DNA of 64,000 bases from Marinobacter sp. (GCA_035303925.1 DATGQY010000150.1:4847-68846); one strand, 5' to 3'. Counted from the first letter of the stretch, positions 12,315 to 24,507 are shown. Notes: generated by a model not told the origin, from the sequence alone. A program made the numbers and translations.

Positions 12315-13424
12315 ATGACTGCCCCTGCCGAAAAAACCAATCTTCTGGGAATGCCCAAGGAAAAGCTTGAAGCCTTCTTTGAGACCCTGGGAGAAAAGCG
12401 TTTCCGTGCTCAGCAGGTTCTGCAGTGGATCCACCAGTGGGGTATTGATGACTTCGATCAAATGACCAATATGAGCAAGGCCCTCAGGGAAAAGCTCAAG
12501 GCAGTGGCTGAGGTGCGTGGTCCTGAAGTGGTCTTTGATGAAACTTCAAAAGATGGCACACGTAAGTGGGTCATGCGAATGGATAACGGGAACAGTGTCG
12601 AAACGGTACTGATTCCGGACGGTGAGCGGGGGACGTTGTGTGTATCCTCGCAGATCGGCTGCTCACTGGATTGCACATTCTGTTCAACCGGAAAGCGCGG
12701 GTTCAACCGGAACCTGACGGCTGCCGAAGTAATCGGTCAGGTCTGGGTCGCCCGCAAGGCGTTCATGCCGTTTGACATCAAGGATCGCCCGATCACCAAC
12801 GTGGTCATGATGGGGATGGGTGAGCCGTTGTTGAATTTCGACAACGTCGTAGATGCCATGAACCTGATGATGGAAGATCTCGCCTATGGGATTTCCAAGC
12901 GCCGTGTGACACTGAGTACCTCTGGCGTGGTTCCTGCCATTGATCGGCTGGCTGAGGTTACCGATGTTTCACTGGCCATCTCACTTCATGCACCCAATGA
13001 TGAATTGCGCAACAAGCTGGTTCCATTGAATAAAAAGTATCCGATAGCGGAATTGCTGGCAGCCACCAAGCGATATTTTGCACGATTGCCGGAGAAACGT
13101 AAGGCGACTATCGAATACACGGTTATTGAGGGTGTGAACGATCAGCCGGAACACGCCCGTGAATTGGTGGAGTTGCTCAAGGATTTGCCTTGCAAGATTA
13201 ATCTGATACCGTTCAACCCGTTTCCGGAAAGCGATTTTAAACGGCCAAGCATGAATGCCACTCGCAGGTTTCAGACCGTTCTTAATGAGGCTGGCTACGT
13301 CGCAACCATTCGGACCACTCGTGGCGACGATATCGATGCGGCCTGTGGTCAGCTGGTGGGTCGGGTAGAGGATCGTACGCGCAGAAGTCAGCGCTACATT
13401 GCTGTGCAGCAGGTCAACCCCTGA
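12315..13424 (+). CDS. rlmN: Dual-specificity RNA methyltransferase RlmN
   Basis: Radical [27 protein letters not shown]; ATG 12315 follows GAGG. Confidence 0.97.
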   Translation: MTAPAEKTNLLGMPKEKLEAFFETLGEKRFRAQQVLQWIHQWGIDDFDQMTNMSKALREKLKAVAEVRGPEVVFDETSKDGTRKWVMRMDNGNSVETVLIPDGERGTLCVSSQIGCSLDCTFCSTGKRGFNRNLTAAEVIGQVWVARKAFMPFDIKDRPITNVVMMGMGEPLLNFDNVVDAMNLMMEDLAYGISKRRVTLSTSGVVPAIDRLAEVTDVSLAISLHAPNDELRNKLVPLNKKYPIAELLAATKRYFARLPEKRKATIEYTVIEGVNDQPEHARELVELLKDLPCKINLIPFNPFPESDFKRPSMNATRRFQTVLNEAGYVATIRTTRGDDIDAACGQLVGRVEDRTRRSQRYIAVQQVNP

Positions 13425-13464
13425 CTTGATGGCTGCATAGAGTCGAAAGATAAGGTGTTTGTTG

Positions 13465-14268
13465 ATGGTGAAGCTCAAGACCGTAAAGCTGGTTACCCCG
13501 ATCCTGGTACTCCTGGGACTGTTGGTTTCCGGTTGCGTGACCACGACAGACAGCCGTTTCAGTCGAGAGGCGGATCGCGATAAAGCCCTGGCGAACTATG
13601 TGCAATTAGCCACGGCGTACATAGGGCAGGGTAATCTTGGTCGAGCAAGGCACCACCTCGATCGCGCTTTTGAGCTGGACGAAGACTACGCTGCGGCCCA
13701 TGCGGCCATGGGGTTGGTCTACAGTTCCGAAGGTGAAGACGATCTGGCAGAAAAGAGTTTCAGGAAATCGGTAGCTTCGGATGGAGGTTATACCCGGGGC
13801 AGAGTCTATTACGGAGCTTTCCTGTACAGTAAAAACCGGTTTGATGAAGCGCGCGCTCAGTTTAAAAGTGCGTCTGAAGACACGAGCTATAAAGATCGCG
13901 GAGGTGTCTTCTACAACCTGGGTATGACGGAAGAGCGATTGGGTAATCTCGCTGAAGCTGAGGCCTCCTATCGCAGGGCCGTGGAGCTCACCCGCGGTGA
14001 AGCCCGAACGGTATTGTCTTTGTCTCGTGTACTGGTGGAACAGGACGACTATTCCGCTGCCTCCCGATACTACGCCCGTCTTCAGACCATGATTCAGAGA
14101 AATCCGAGGCTGACTCATTCAGCAGAGAGCCTTTTTACCGGTATTCGCATTGCGCGCCATTTTCAGGACAGAGACCAGGAAGCCAGTCTGGCGCTGTTGT
14201 TAAAAAACGAGTTTCCTGAGTCGGTGGAGTTCCAACAATATAAGGTGCTGATTACTAATGGCAAGTGA
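13465..14268 (+). CDS. pilW: Type IV pilus biogenesis/stability lipoprotein PilW (PilF)
   Basis: Lipobox VSGC, TPR repeats, rlmN-pilW-rodZ synteny. Confidence 0.88.
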   Translation: MVKLKTVKLVTPILVLLGLLVSGCVTTTDSRFSREADRDKALANYVQLATAYIGQGNLGRARHHLDRAFELDEDYAAAHAAMGLVYSSEGEDDLAEKSFRKSVASDGGYTRGRVYYGAFLYSKNRFDEARAQFKSASEDTSYKDRGGVFYNLGMTEERLGNLAEAEASYRRAVELTRGEARTVLSLSRVLVEQDDYSAASRYYARLQTMIQRNPRLTHSAESLFTGIRIARHFQDRDQEASLALLLKNEFPESVEFQQYKVLITNGK

Positions 14269-15274
14269 ACAGCAGGAAACATCAGTGGCGGCAGATCCTG
14301 TAGGCCGTCAGCTGCAGCGGGCCAGAGAATCCAAGGGCCTGAGTGTGACAGCCGTTGCCGAGCAGCAGCATCTCCGATCCTCAATCATTCAAGCCATTGA
14401 AGCCGGCGACTACAGCAAGATCGACACCGAGCTGTTTTTGAAAGGGTACGTCAGAGCCTATGCCCGGCAGGTCGATCTGGACGGTGACGCGTTGATCCGG
14501 GATCTGGATGCAGAGCTTGCCCCGATGCGAAGACTGAAGGAAGAAGAGCAGCAGGCTCACCCCTTGGTCAATATTGAGCGCCGAAGGAAAAAGAAACGTC
14601 AGATTGCCAAAGTGTTGTTGCTGGCACTGGTACTTGGCCTTGCGGGATATCTGGCTTTTCAGTTTTTTGCTCAGAAGGATGACGCTGGCGCACCAGCAGA
14701 GCCTGCCACCCATTCGGAGCAGCCGGCTCTTGAACAGGACACCGTTGATGAGGCACCCGCTCCCGACGTTTCGGAAGCTGAAGGCTCAATGGAACCTCCG
14801 GCGGCGGAGCCAGTCAATGAGGTACCTTCAGATACTGATATAGCACTGCCGGATTCGGACACAGCGCAGCCGGATGCAATCGATGTTCCTGACGAAGCCC
14901 AGGCAGCATCAGATACTGGCGCATTGCCGGAAGATTCATCCCGGGTTGTAGAAAGTGCTCAGGTGCCCGCTGACGTGCTCGAGCCCGCGCTTACCGAGCC
15001 GGAAGTCACGCAAGCGGCTACCCCTTCTACCGCGCGCCTGGAGATGACATTCAGTGATGATTGCTGGATTCAGGTGTCCGACAGCACTGGCCGGCGACTG
15101 GTCAGTGCGCTGCGTCGCCAGGGCGACAGCCTGGATGTATCCGGTGTGCCGCCCCTCAGGGTGGTGGTCGGAGCAATGAATGCCGTCGAATCTATTCAGT
15201 TTCAGGGGGAGCCCCTTGCAATGGATAGTTTTCGCGTAGTGAATAACAGATCAGAGTTCACGCTCGAACCCTGA
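14258..15274 (+). CDS. rodZ: Cytoskeleton protein RodZ
   Basis: N-terminal HTH ([11 protein letters not shown]), basic patch plus TM helix, acidic linker, C-terminal DDCWIQVSD domain. Confidence 0.9.
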   Translation: MASEQQETSVAADPVGRQLQRARESKGLSVTAVAEQQHLRSSIIQAIEAGDYSKIDTELFLKGYVRAYARQVDLDGDALIRDLDAELAPMRRLKEEEQQAHPLVNIERRRKKKRQIAKVLLLALVLGLAGYLAFQFFAQKDDAGAPAEPATHSEQPALEQDTVDEAPAPDVSEAEGSMEPPAAEPVNEVPSDTDIALPDSDTAQPDAIDVPDEAQAASDTGALPEDSSRVVESAQVPADVLEPALTEPEVTQAATPSTARLEMTFSDDCWIQVSDSTGRRLVSALRRQGDSLDVSGVPPLRVVVGAMNAVESIQFQGEPLAMDSFRVVNNRSEFTLEP

Positions 15275-15308
15275 ACCTAACGCCCGGACAGATTGTTGGT
15301 TCCAGTCA

Positions 15309-16427
15309 ATGAAACAAGATTCCCCGATCAAAAGACGTAAATCCCGGCAAATCATGGTTGGTGATGTACCGGTAGGTGGTGATGCACCTATCGCGGTTCA
15401 GAGTATGACCAACACCAACACGTGCGATGTTGCCGCTACCGTTGCCCAGATCAATGCCATTCAGGAGGCCGGAGCGGACATTGTTCGTGTGTCGGTTCCC
15501 TCCATGGATGCCGCTGAAGCCTTTGGCAAGATTCGTCAGCAGGTTTCCGTGCCGCTGGTTGCCGATATTCATTTTGATCACAAGATTGCGCTCCGGGTTG
15601 CGGAGTTGGGTGTGGACTGTTTGCGGATTAATCCGGGCAACATTGGGCGGGATGATCGGGTAAGTGCCGTCATCAATGCAGCGAAAGACCGCAATATTCC
15701 TATCCGTATCGGTGTAAATGCCGGTTCGCTCGAGAAGGCGCTGCAACGTAAGTACGGTGAGCCGACCCCTGAGGCGCTGGTTGAGTCTGCAATGCGCCAC
15801 ATCGATATTCTGGACCGCCACGATTTCCAGAATTTCAAGGTGAGCCTGAAGGCCTCGGAAGTGTTTATGACGGTGGCGGCCTATCGGCTGATTGCCGCCC
15901 AGATCGAACAGCCTCTGCATCTCGGTATCACTGAAGCCGGCGGCTTCCGCTCTGGTACCGTCAAGTCGTCCATTGGGCTGGGCATGTTGCTGATGGACGG
16001 TATCGGCGACACCATTCGGGTTTCGCTCGCGGCAGACCCTGTTCAGGAAATCAAAGTCGGTTTTGATATTCTGAAAAGTCTCCGCCTGCGCAGTCGTGGT
16101 ATTAACTTCATTGCCTGCCCCAGCTGCTCGAGGCAGAATTTTGATGTTATTCAGACGATGAACGATCTGGAAGCACGACTGGAAGACGTCAATACCTCCC
16201 TGGACGTTGCGATTATCGGTTGCATTGTCAACGGCCCCGGCGAAGCAAGAGAGGCGGATATCGGTCTCACCGGAGGCACTCCGAAGAACCTGTTCTATCT
16301 AGCAGGAAAACCCAACCAGAAGCTGGATAACGCCACGTTGACGGAGGATCTGGAGCGTCTGATTCGCGAGGAAATCGCCCGCCGTCAGGATCAGGAAGCG
16401 TTGGTCATCGCAAAGTCGGCAGATTGA
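15309..16427 (+). CDS. ispG: (E)-4-hydroxy-3-methylbut-2-enyl-diphosphate synthase
   Basis: [42 protein letters not shown]. Confidence 0.98.
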   Translation: MKQDSPIKRRKSRQIMVGDVPVGGDAPIAVQSMTNTNTCDVAATVAQINAIQEAGADIVRVSVPSMDAAEAFGKIRQQVSVPLVADIHFDHKIALRVAELGVDCLRINPGNIGRDDRVSAVINAAKDRNIPIRIGVNAGSLEKALQRKYGEPTPEALVESAMRHIDILDRHDFQNFKVSLKASEVFMTVAAYRLIAAQIEQPLHLGITEAGGFRSGTVKSSIGLGMLLMDGIGDTIRVSLAADPVQEIKVGFDILKSLRLRSRGINFIACPSCSRQNFDVIQTMNDLEARLEDVNTSLDVAIIGCIVNGPGEAREADIGLTGGTPKNLFYLAGKPNQKLDNATLTEDLERLIREEIARRQDQEALVIAKSAD

Positions 16428-16466
16428 TCTCTCTACACTCTCTCAAGAAGCAATCAGGGTTTTACT

Positions 16467-17741
16467 TTGGCTAAAATTCAGGCAATCCGGGGGATGAACG
16501 ATATCCTCCCGGACCAGACGCCAGTCTGGCAGTACGTGGAGTCAACGGTTCGCAAAGTGCTCTCTCAGTACGGTTATCAGGAAATCCGGATGCCGATTGT
16601 GGAGCAAACCGAGCTGTTCAAGCGCTCTATTGGTGAAGTCACCGATATTGTCGAGAAAGAGATGTACACTTTCGACGATCGCAACGGTGACAGTCTCACT
16701 CTCCGGCCTGAAGGTACCGCAGGTTGTGTTCGTGCCGCAGAAGAACATGGTTTGCTGTTTAACCAGACACGCCGGTTATGGTATACGGGCCCGATGTTCC
16801 GGCACGAGCGCCCGCAGAAGGGTCGCTATCGTCAGTTTCATCAGATCGGGGTGGAGTGCTTCGGCATGTCTGGCCCGGACATCGATGCAGAGCTGTTGGT
16901 GCTAACGTCGCGTTTATGGACAGCCTTTGGTTTATCAGAGCATGCTCGCCTGGAAATCAACTCCATTGGCACCAGCGAATCCCGCAAGGTCTATCGTGAG
17001 GCGCTGGTCAGCTACCTTGAGCAGTTCCGTGATCAGCTTGACGAAGACAGCAAACGCCGGCTGACGACCAACCCGTTAAGAATTCTTGACAGTAAAGACC
17101 CTGAGACTCGGAAACTCCTTGAGGGAGCGCCAAGCCTCAGCGAGTATCTGGACGTAGAGTCCCGAAGCCACTTTGATCATCTTAAGGCTTTGTTGGATGC
17201 TGCTGGCGTATCCTATACCGTGAACCCGGCGCTGGTGCGCGGCCTCGATTACTATGGCAAAACCGTGTTCGAGTGGGTCACCGAGAGCCTCGGAGCGCAG
17301 GGCACGATTTGTGCCGGTGGTCGTTATGATGGCCTGGTTGAGCAGCTGGGTGGCAAACCGACCGTAGCCGTCGGTTTTGCGATGGGGCTTGAGCGACTGA
17401 TTCTGCTGCTCGATACCCTGGGGCTGGTACCTGAAGAAGTGAATAACGCGGCTGATATATACGTGACCGCTATGGGAGACCAGGTGGTCTCGTCAGCTAT
17501 GGCGGTTGCCGATAGCCTCCGTAGTGAGCTGCCAGGCCGGGTTGTGATTACCCATTGCGGTGGCGGCAGTTTCAAAAGCCAGATGAAGAAAGCCGATCGC
17601 AGCGGAGCTCGCTACGCGGTCATTCTCGGCGAAAATGAAGTGGCTAACGGAACCGTAGGGCTTAAGCCACTGCGGGATGATCAGCCTCAGCGAGAAGTGC
17701 CGCAGTCGGATCTGGCCGGTGTGCTGGCCGAGCTTGTGTGA
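16467..17741 (+). CDS. hisS: Histidine--tRNA ligase
   Basis: [39 protein letters not shown]; TTG start. Confidence 0.98.
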   Translation: MAKIQAIRGMNDILPDQTPVWQYVESTVRKVLSQYGYQEIRMPIVEQTELFKRSIGEVTDIVEKEMYTFDDRNGDSLTLRPEGTAGCVRAAEEHGLLFNQTRRLWYTGPMFRHERPQKGRYRQFHQIGVECFGMSGPDIDAELLVLTSRLWTAFGLSEHARLEINSIGTSESRKVYREALVSYLEQFRDQLDEDSKRRLTTNPLRILDSKDPETRKLLEGAPSLSEYLDVESRSHFDHLKALLDAAGVSYTVNPALVRGLDYYGKTVFEWVTESLGAQGTICAGGRYDGLVEQLGGKPTVAVGFAMGLERLILLLDTLGLVPEEVNNAADIYVTAMGDQVVSSAMAVADSLRSELPGRVVITHCGGGSFKSQMKKADRSGARYAVILGENEVANGTVGLKPLRDDQPQREVPQSDLAGVLAELV

Positions 17742-17789
17742 TTTAACTGACCGCTATCAGGCAACTATAAACAAATAACAGGAGTTTTC

Positions 17790-18443
17790 ATGGCTGAGTT
17801 GCGCACCGAAGAAGAACAGGTTCAGGCGATCAAAGACTGGTGGAAGAGCAACGGCAGTTCTCTGCTGATTGGTATCGGTGCTGCCCTGGCGATTGTATTT
17901 GGCTGGCAGGGCTGGCAAAGCCATCAAGCCCAGGAACGGGCAGAGGCCGCGAACCAGTTTGCGACGCTCTTGAATGCTTTTTCGACCAACGATGAATCCA
18001 GTAATGAAACCGTTGCGTTTGTTGCGGAGTCCTTGCGCGATGAACATGGCAGCAGTGCCTACGCCATTTACGGCAATCTGGTGCTTGCCCGTCAGCAAAT
18101 GATGGAGCAGAAGGACCCGGCCGCTGCGGTTGAGTCTCTGCAGTGGGCGTTGGAGAAGTCCGCAGATCATCAGGCATTGGCACTGGTAATCCGTAATCGG
18201 CTTGCGCAAGCGCAGTTTGCGGCAGGTCAGTATGAGGACGCTCTCGCCACGCTGGACGGAGCAGCTGAAGCGGATGCCTTCAACGCGGTGTTTTCAGAAC
18301 TCAGAGGCGACATTCTGTTGGCTATGGGCGATTCCGAAGGCGCTCGCAAGGCCTATCTGACAGCCCGTGAACAGGGGCAGGAGGGCACCAGCGGTTTGCT
18401 TGAGCTGAAGCTTTCTGATCTCGGAGTCGGGGAGGACGCCTGA
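17790..18443 (+). CDS. yfgM: Ancillary SecYEG subunit YfgM (TPR)
   Basis: TEEEQVQAIKDWWK plus TM helix, ELRGDIL; hisS-yfgM-bamB synteny. Confidence 0.92.
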   Translation: MAELRTEEEQVQAIKDWWKSNGSSLLIGIGAALAIVFGWQGWQSHQAQERAEAANQFATLLNAFSTNDESSNETVAFVAESLRDEHGSSAYAIYGNLVLARQQMMEQKDPAAAVESLQWALEKSADHQALALVIRNRLAQAQFAAGQYEDALATLDGAAEADAFNAVFSELRGDILLAMGDSEGARKAYLTAREQGQEGTSGLLELKLSDLGVGEDA

Positions 18444-19612
18444 TGTTTTTTGGGCGTATTCGAAAGCTCTGTATGCTACCTGCCTTGTCGACGCTGGCGT
18501 TGATACTGGCGGGTTGCAGTGCAAATGATACCTTCGAGCAACCGGTTCCGGTTCCAGACATTGAATCCACCGTGGACTTTGATCGCGTCTGGACCATGTC
18601 GGTGGGTGATGGTCATGATGGCGATTTCCTGCAGTTAGCACCTTTGTATGCTGGCGATGTTATCTATGCGGCGTCGGCGGATGGCGAAGTGGTAACCGTT
18701 AGCGCCGAAGACGGCAAAGTGGCTTGGAAACGGGATTTGGACGAACGCATTTTTGCGGGTCCGGGTGCCGATGCCCGCAGTCTTTACGTTGTTACCCGTG
18801 ATGCAGAACTCGTGGCTTTGTCCAGTGAAGACGGCAGCGAAAACTGGCGGGTAGAGTTGCCCACGGAGGTCCTGGCAGCACCCCAGTCGAATGGTTCGCT
18901 GGTGGTTGTTCAAACCACCGATGGCCGGGTGATCAGTTTTGACGCCGAAAAGGGCGAGCGGGTCTGGCAGTATGAGGCACAGGTTCCGGTGCTGACGATG
19001 CGCACAGCAGCCGCGCCGCTGGTTGGGGGCGACATTGTTATAGCATCCTTTTCGAATGGTCGAGTTATTGCACTGACCGCCGAAACCGGACAGCCGGTTT
19101 GGCAATACGAAGTTGGCCAGCCACAGGGCCGTACAGAGCTCGAACGGCTGGTTGATATAGGCGGCCAGCCACTGGTCCTCGATTCCGCCATTATGGTGGT
19201 CGGCTATCAGGGTAAGCTGGCGCTGGTCGATATCCGCTCCGGTCAGGAAATCTGGAGCCGCAATGCCTCGAGCTTCTATTCACCGACGATTGGTAACGGC
19301 AACATCTTTCTCGCGTCGGCAAACGGCGATGTGTTAGCACTGCGAGGCAGCGACCGTCGGGAATTGTGGACGCAGAGCGATTTGGCCTGGCGTCAGATTA
19401 CGCGGCCAGCGGTGTCTGGTCAGTACCTGGTGGTGGGTGATTTCGAAGGTTACCTGCACGTATTGTCGATGGAAGATGGCCGTCTGGTGGGGCAGTCAAA
19501 ATTCGACAGTGACGGTATCCGCGTACCGGTTCAGGTACTGAGTAATGGTAACCTTCTGGTTTATGGTAATGGCGGGAGATTGTCGGTTCTGAAACTTGAA
19601 CAGAACGACTGA
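18443..19612 (+). CDS. bamB: Outer membrane protein assembly factor BamB
   Basis: Lipobox LAGC, PQQ-like beta-propeller, GRTELERLVDI, GDFEGYLH. Confidence 0.95.
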   Translation: MFFGRIRKLCMLPALSTLALILAGCSANDTFEQPVPVPDIESTVDFDRVWTMSVGDGHDGDFLQLAPLYAGDVIYAASADGEVVTVSAEDGKVAWKRDLDERIFAGPGADARSLYVVTRDAELVALSSEDGSENWRVELPTEVLAAPQSNGSLVVVQTTDGRVISFDAEKGERVWQYEAQVPVLTMRTAAAPLVGGDIVIASFSNGRVIALTAETGQPVWQYEVGQPQGRTELERLVDIGGQPLVLDSAIMVVGYQGKLALVDIRSGQEIWSRNASSFYSPTIGNGNIFLASANGDVLALRGSDRRELWTQSDLAWRQITRPAVSGQYLVVGDFEGYLHVLSMEDGRLVGQSKFDSDGIRVPVQVLSNGNLLVYGNGGRLSVLKLEQND

Positions 19613-19627
19613 CCGCTCAACGAATTT

Positions 19628-19657
19628 ACCCGGCTCAGGCCGGGTTTCTGTTTCTTT
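19628..19657 (+). terminator. Terminator-like hairpin between bamB and der
   Basis: ACCCGGC-TCAG-GCCGGGT followed by TTCTGTTTCTTT. Confidence 0.55.
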
Positions 19658-19672
19658 GTATAGCAGACACTT

Positions 19673-21094
19673 ATGACCCCAGTTATTGCCCTTGTAGGAC
19701 GCCCTAACGTAGGCAAGTCCACCCTGTTTAACCAGATGACCCGGTCCCGGGATGCCTTGGTCGCGGATTTTCCGGGCCTGACCCGTGACAGAAAGTACGG
19801 TGAGGGCTACTCCGAAGAGCGAAAGTTCATCGTCATCGATACCGGGGGGCTGACTGGGCAGGAGGCAGGCCTCGATTCTGAAATGGCACGTCAATCCCTG
19901 CAGGCCATCGAAGAGGCCGACATTGTTCTGTTTCTGGTTGATGGTCGCGCTGGTCTGACTGCAGGTGATGAGGTCATCGCAGATCATTTGCGCCGCTCCG
20001 GCAAACAAGCACATCTGGTGGTCAACAAGACGGATGGCCAAGACCCTGATGTTGCCGCCGCCGACTTCTATAAGTTGGGATTTGAATCCACCTTCATGAT
20101 TGCTGCGGCCCATAACCGTGGTATCCGATCGATGCTGGAAGTGTTGCTTCCGGAACCTGAGAACCCTGAAGAGCAGGACCGGGCCGATCGGTACCCCGGG
20201 ATTCGTATAGGTATCGTCGGCCGACCAAACGTGGGCAAATCTACCCTCGTCAACCGTATGCTTGGTGAAGAGCGGGTTGTCGTGTACGACATGCCGGGCA
20301 CCACGCGGGATAGCATCTACATTCCCTATGAAAGGCACGGTCACCAGTACACGCTGATTGACACCGCAGGCGTAAGGCGCCGGAAGAATGTACGCGAGAC
20401 GGTGGAGAAGTTTTCCATCATCAAAACCTTGCAGGCCATTGACGACGCCCACGTGGTCATTCTGGTCATCGATGCTCGCGAAGGACTTGTAGATCAGGAC
20501 CTTCACCTGATTGGCTTTGTTCTGGATGCTGGTCGATCACTGGTCATTGCCGTCAATAAATGGGACGGTATGGACCCGGAGGACCGGGAGCGGGTGAAAG
20601 AACAGGTAGCCCGCCGCCTGGATTTTCTCGATTACGCCGACAAATACTATATTTCAGCCCTGCATGGTACGGGTGTGGGTACCATGTACGATTCGGTGCA
20701 GGCCAGCTATGAGTCGGCGATGGCCAAGTGGCCAACCAACCGTCTGACGGCGATCCTTGAGGACGCAGTTGCCCAACATCAACCGCCGATGGTGCATGGC
20801 CGCCGTATCAAGCTTCGTTATGCCCACCAGGGAGGCTCGAATCCGCCTATTGTCGTGGTTCACGGAAACCAGGTGGATTCGTTGCCCGGGGCATACAAAC
20901 GTTATCTGGAGAATACCTTCCGCAAGGTGTTGAAGGTCGTCGGCTCGCCCATCCGCTTTGAGTTCCGCGGGGGAGAGAACCCTTTTGCCAACAAGGTTGA
21001 CCGGTTAACGCCGCGACAGAAGGTGAAGAAAGATAACGACATCAAGAAAGGTCGAACTGTAAAGAAGACCCGGCAGAAAAGCATCAAACGCTGA
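19673..21094 (+). CDS. der: Ribosome biogenesis GTPase Der (EngA)
   Basis: Two GRPNVGKS P-loops, DTGG/DTAG, NKxD, C-terminal KH-like domain. Confidence 0.98.
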   Translation: MTPVIALVGRPNVGKSTLFNQMTRSRDALVADFPGLTRDRKYGEGYSEERKFIVIDTGGLTGQEAGLDSEMARQSLQAIEEADIVLFLVDGRAGLTAGDEVIADHLRRSGKQAHLVVNKTDGQDPDVAAADFYKLGFESTFMIAAAHNRGIRSMLEVLLPEPENPEEQDRADRYPGIRIGIVGRPNVGKSTLVNRMLGEERVVVYDMPGTTRDSIYIPYERHGHQYTLIDTAGVRRRKNVRETVEKFSIIKTLQAIDDAHVVILVIDAREGLVDQDLHLIGFVLDAGRSLVIAVNKWDGMDPEDRERVKEQVARRLDFLDYADKYYISALHGTGVGTMYDSVQASYESAMAKWPTNRLTAILEDAVAQHQPPMVHGRRIKLRYAHQGGSNPPIVVVHGNQVDSLPGAYKRYLENTFRKVLKVVGSPIRFEFRGGENPFANKVDRLTPRQKVKKDNDIKKGRTVKKTRQKSIKR

Positions 21095-21121
21095 TCAGCC
21101 GGGTTTCATGTGGGGAGCGGC

Positions 21122-23293
21122 TCAGGCCGCTCCCGCATCCGCTACTTGCTTGGCTTGAACGGCGGTCAGCGCGATGGTAAAGACAATGTCTTCAACCAGC
21201 GCCCCTCTGGACAAGTCATTCACCGGCTTTCTCAGGCCCTGAAGCATGGGGCCAACACTGACTACATTGGCACTCCGCTGCACCGCTTTATAGGTCGTGT
21301 TGCCAGTGTTCAGGTCCGGGAAGACGAAGACAGTCGCCTTGCCCGCCACCTTGCTGCCAGGTGCTTTAGATTTACCCACGCTTTCAATAACCGCCGCATC
21401 GTATTGTAACGGCCCATCGATCAGTAGGTCAGGGCGCCGCTCACGGGCAATTCTGGTGGCTTCCCGAACTTTGTCTACGTCCTTGCCGGTACCGGATTCT
21501 CCGGTGCTGTAGCTGATCATTGCTACCACGGGTTCTATACCAAATGCCTCGGCGGATTCCGCGCTCTGTATGGCGATGTCTGCCAACTCTTCCGCATCTG
21601 GGTCGGGATTAATGGCGCAGTCGCCGTACACCAGAACCTGTTGTGGCAACAGCATAAAGAAGACTGACGAAACGACCTTTGCGTTGTCGTGAGTCTTGAT
21701 CAGCTGAAGTGCAGGGCGCACCGTGTTTGCGGTCGTGTGAATTGCCCCGGATACAAGGCCGTCGGCTTCGTCCATGGCAACCATCATGGTGCCAAGTACC
21801 ACGTTGTCTTCAAGCATGGCTTCCGCCTGATCAGCGGTAAGCCCTTTGTGCTTGCGCAGTTCCACCATGGGGGCGATATAGCGTTCGCGAACGGTATGTG
21901 GATCAATAATTTCCATGTCGTCGGGTATCTGGACACCCAGTGATGCGGCCACGGACTGGATTTCCTGGGGATCGCCAATCAGTGCGCAGCGCGCCAGCCT
22001 GCGCTGGTGACAAATGATGGCAGCCTGAACCGTTCTTGGTTCGCTACCCTCTGGCAACACAATCCGTTTGTCGGCTGCCCGGGCACGTTCCGATAGCTGG
22101 TACCGGAAGGCGGGCGGCGACAAACGGCGCTGACGCTGGACCTTCAGGTGTTCTTCCAGCCAGGCGGTGTCGATCGTCCGTGCAACGGATTCCATCGCCT
22201 GCTCAACCCGCTCCGGATCGTCAATTGGTATCGCGGAAGAAAGGCTCGCCAGCATGTGTGCAGTTTCGTAGGTGTTAGCAGTGGAGCTGAGTACCGGCAA
22301 ACCGGTATCCAAAGCGCGACGGCAGAGTTCAATGACCTTGTCGTCAGGCATCAGGTCGCCTGTCAGCATCAGACCGGCCAAAGGCATACCGTTCAGAGCG
22401 GCAACAGCGGTGGTTACGACAATGTCATCCCGGTCCCCCGGGGTAACGAGCAGGGTGCCTGGCTTGAGGGTGTCGGTCATATTGCGGATGGTGCGGGCGC
22501 ATACAGACACTTTTTGTACGCGTCGGCTGTGCATCTGCCCTTCGTGCAGCACCTTGATGCCCAGCTCCCGGGCTACATCTGATACCCGGGGTGCCAGCAA
22601 TTGGGGTTGCCAGGGAACTTGCCCAAGCAAGTGAAACCGACCGGTGGAAAATACGGTGCAAGCTGATTGAAAATCAATGTCCTGAACCTCTGCCGGTGGC
22701 TGGAAATCCAGCGCCATGCCGGCCTTTTTCGGTTCGCCTACCTTGTTCAGGATGACGGCGATGACATCCGGGTCGGACGGCGCTGCGAACAGGCGGGCGG
22801 AGAAGTCCAGGTCTTCGTCCAGCTCTTCGGGGGTGCAGCCTTCCGGCGTGGCCACCAGAATCACCTCCGAGCCGAGGTTGCGGGCAACCTCTACGTTCAG
22901 GCGGGCGATATAGGCTTCGCTTCTGTCAGGTACCAGACCCTCAATGATGACGACGTCTACCTCGCTGGATACTTTCTGGTATTCACCGACAATGGTTTCC
23001 ATCAACAGGTCAGCTTTGCCGTGGTTCAGCAGCTGCTGGGCTTGCTTTAGAGGAATGGGGTCCGGGAGTTCAAGGTGACTATGGGCTCTGATAAACGCGA
23101 CGGAGGAGTCCCTGCCATCGTTATGGATGGCTTCGCCTCGGTGAACTGACTGGGTGAAAGGCTTATAGAAACCGACGCTCACGCCTTCTCGCTCAAGCGC
23201 TCTGAGCAATCCAAGGCACACGGATGTGAGGCCTGAATTCATTGATGTCGGTGCAATAAAAAGACTTTTTGCCATGGTAGTTCCAGTATTCAT
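21122..23293 (-). CDS. pta: Phosphate acetyltransferase (long class II form)
   Basis: N-terminal BioD-like and DRTGG (TPGDRDD) domains, RIVLPEG, FPDLNTGNTTYK, PVNDLSRG; alternative start 23275. Confidence 0.96.
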   Translation of the reverse strand: MNTGTTMAKSLFIAPTSMNSGLTSVCLGLLRALEREGVSVGFYKPFTQSVHRGEAIHNDGRDSSVAFIRAHSHLELPDPIPLKQAQQLLNHGKADLLMETIVGEYQKVSSEVDVVIIEGLVPDRSEAYIARLNVEVARNLGSEVILVATPEGCTPEELDEDLDFSARLFAAPSDPDVIAVILNKVGEPKKAGMALDFQPPAEVQDIDFQSACTVFSTGRFHLLGQVPWQPQLLAPRVSDVARELGIKVLHEGQMHSRRVQKVSVCARTIRNMTDTLKPGTLLVTPGDRDDIVVTTAVAALNGMPLAGLMLTGDLMPDDKVIELCRRALDTGLPVLSSTANTYETAHMLASLSSAIPIDDPERVEQAMESVARTIDTAWLEEHLKVQRQRRLSPPAFRYQLSERARAADKRIVLPEGSEPRTVQAAIICHQRRLARCALIGDPQEIQSVAASLGVQIPDDMEIIDPHTVRERYIAPMVELRKHKGLTADQAEAMLEDNVVLGTMMVAMDEADGLVSGAIHTTANTVRPALQLIKTHDNAKVVSSVFFMLLPQQVLVYGDCAINPDPDAEELADIAIQSAESAEAFGIEPVVAMISYSTGESGTGKDVDKVREATRIARERRPDLLIDGPLQYDAAVIESVGKSKAPGSKVAGKATVFVFPDLNTGNTTYKAVQRSANVVSVGPMLQGLRKPVNDLSRGALVEDIVFTIALTAVQAKQVADAGAA

Positions 23294-23302
23294 CCTTGTG
23301 GG

Positions 23303-24487
23303 TTAAACGGCGGCCATCCGGCCAGCTTCGCGGGCTATGACCAGCTCCTCGTTGGTTGGAATAACGAGAACCGGAAAACGGGAGTCTGCACTGTTGATTC
23401 TGCCATCACTGAGTTGACCGTTGTGACGGTTCAGGTCCTGGTCAATCTCAAGACCGAGCAAGCGTGCATGCTTGATGGTTTCATGTCGGATACGTGAGCT
23501 GTTCTCGCCAATACCACCGGTGAACACCACGGCATCAAGGTGACTGAGTGACGCGGTCATGGCGCCGATATACCGGGCCAACCTGAAACAGAACACATCA
23601 ATGGCGAGCCGGGACGGTTCGTGGCCATGGTCTGCCAGTTCGCACAGGGAGCGCATGTCATTGGTTTGTCCGGACAGACCAAGCAAACCACTGTCGTTGT
23701 TCAGCATGTGGTGGGCCTGTTCGGCGTTGACTCCCCGGCTTGCCAGGTAATCAAACAGGCCGGGGTCCACATCTCCGCTCCGGGTGCCCATGACCAGTCC
23801 CTCAAGGGGCGTCAGGCCCATGCTGGTATCGACACTCAGCCCGTCTCGTATGGCTGTTATGCTGCACCCATTGCCCAGGTGCGCCGAGATGATTGATGTG
23901 GTTGCCGGTGTTTTGCCGAGCAGCCTGGCCGCTTCCTGCGCCATGAAGTAATGGCTTGTACCGTGGAAGCCGTAACGACGAATTCCCCAGTCGCGGTAAC
24001 AGCGCTCCGGCAGAGCATAGCGGTATGCCCGTTCCGGCAGCGTTTGATGGTAGGCAGTGTCGAACACCGCAACCTGGGGTACAGTCGGAAAAAGCGACCG
24101 CATGGCTTGAATGCCAGCCAGGTTAACCGGGTTATGGAGAGGTGCCAGATCCGCACAGGCTTCGATGGCGGTGATCGTATCCTGGGTGATCAGGGCGGCT
24201 TCCCGGAAGGTCTCACCGCCGTGAACAACCCGATGACCGATGGCCGCGGGGGCACCTGTCAGGAGCTTTCGGTGTGTGAAAGTTTCGATCAGTGCCTGTA
24301 GTGCCGTTCGGTGATCTGCGCTGTCAGGGAGCTTGATAGGCTGCTCATCCCCGGACAGGCGGGCAACGGTATCGGGTTTGTTCAGCTTCTCGGCCAGTGC
24401 CGAGACTGTCTTTTGAAGGTGCTTGTCGAACAGAGCGAGTTTCAGGGAGGAGCTGCCGCAGTTCACGACCAGTATAGATTCGTCCAT
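23303..24487 (-). CDS. ackA: Acetate kinase
   Basis: ILVVNCGSSSLK, GHRVVHGG, APLHNP, RRYGFHGTSH, GTRSGD, PTNEE. Confidence 0.97.
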   Translation of the reverse strand: MDESILVVNCGSSSLKLALFDKHLQKTVSALAEKLNKPDTVARLSGDEQPIKLPDSADHRTALQALIETFTHRKLLTGAPAAIGHRVVHGGETFREAALITQDTITAIEACADLAPLHNPVNLAGIQAMRSLFPTVPQVAVFDTAYHQTLPERAYRYALPERCYRDWGIRRYGFHGTSHYFMAQEAARLLGKTPATTSIISAHLGNGCSITAIRDGLSVDTSMGLTPLEGLVMGTRSGDVDPGLFDYLASRGVNAEQAHHMLNNDSGLLGLSGQTNDMRSLCELADHGHEPSRLAIDVFCFRLARYIGAMTASLSHLDAVVFTGGIGENSSRIRHETIKHARLLGLEIDQDLNRHNGQLSDGRINSADSRFPVLVIPTNEELVIAREAGRMAAV

Positions 24488-24507
24488 GGGTAATGCCGTG
24501 TAAGGTG

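Noticed and set aside
14680-15030. Pro/Ala/Glu/Asp-rich low-complexity stretch
   Set aside because: Ordinary disordered periplasmic linker of RodZ, with no nucleotide repeat unit.
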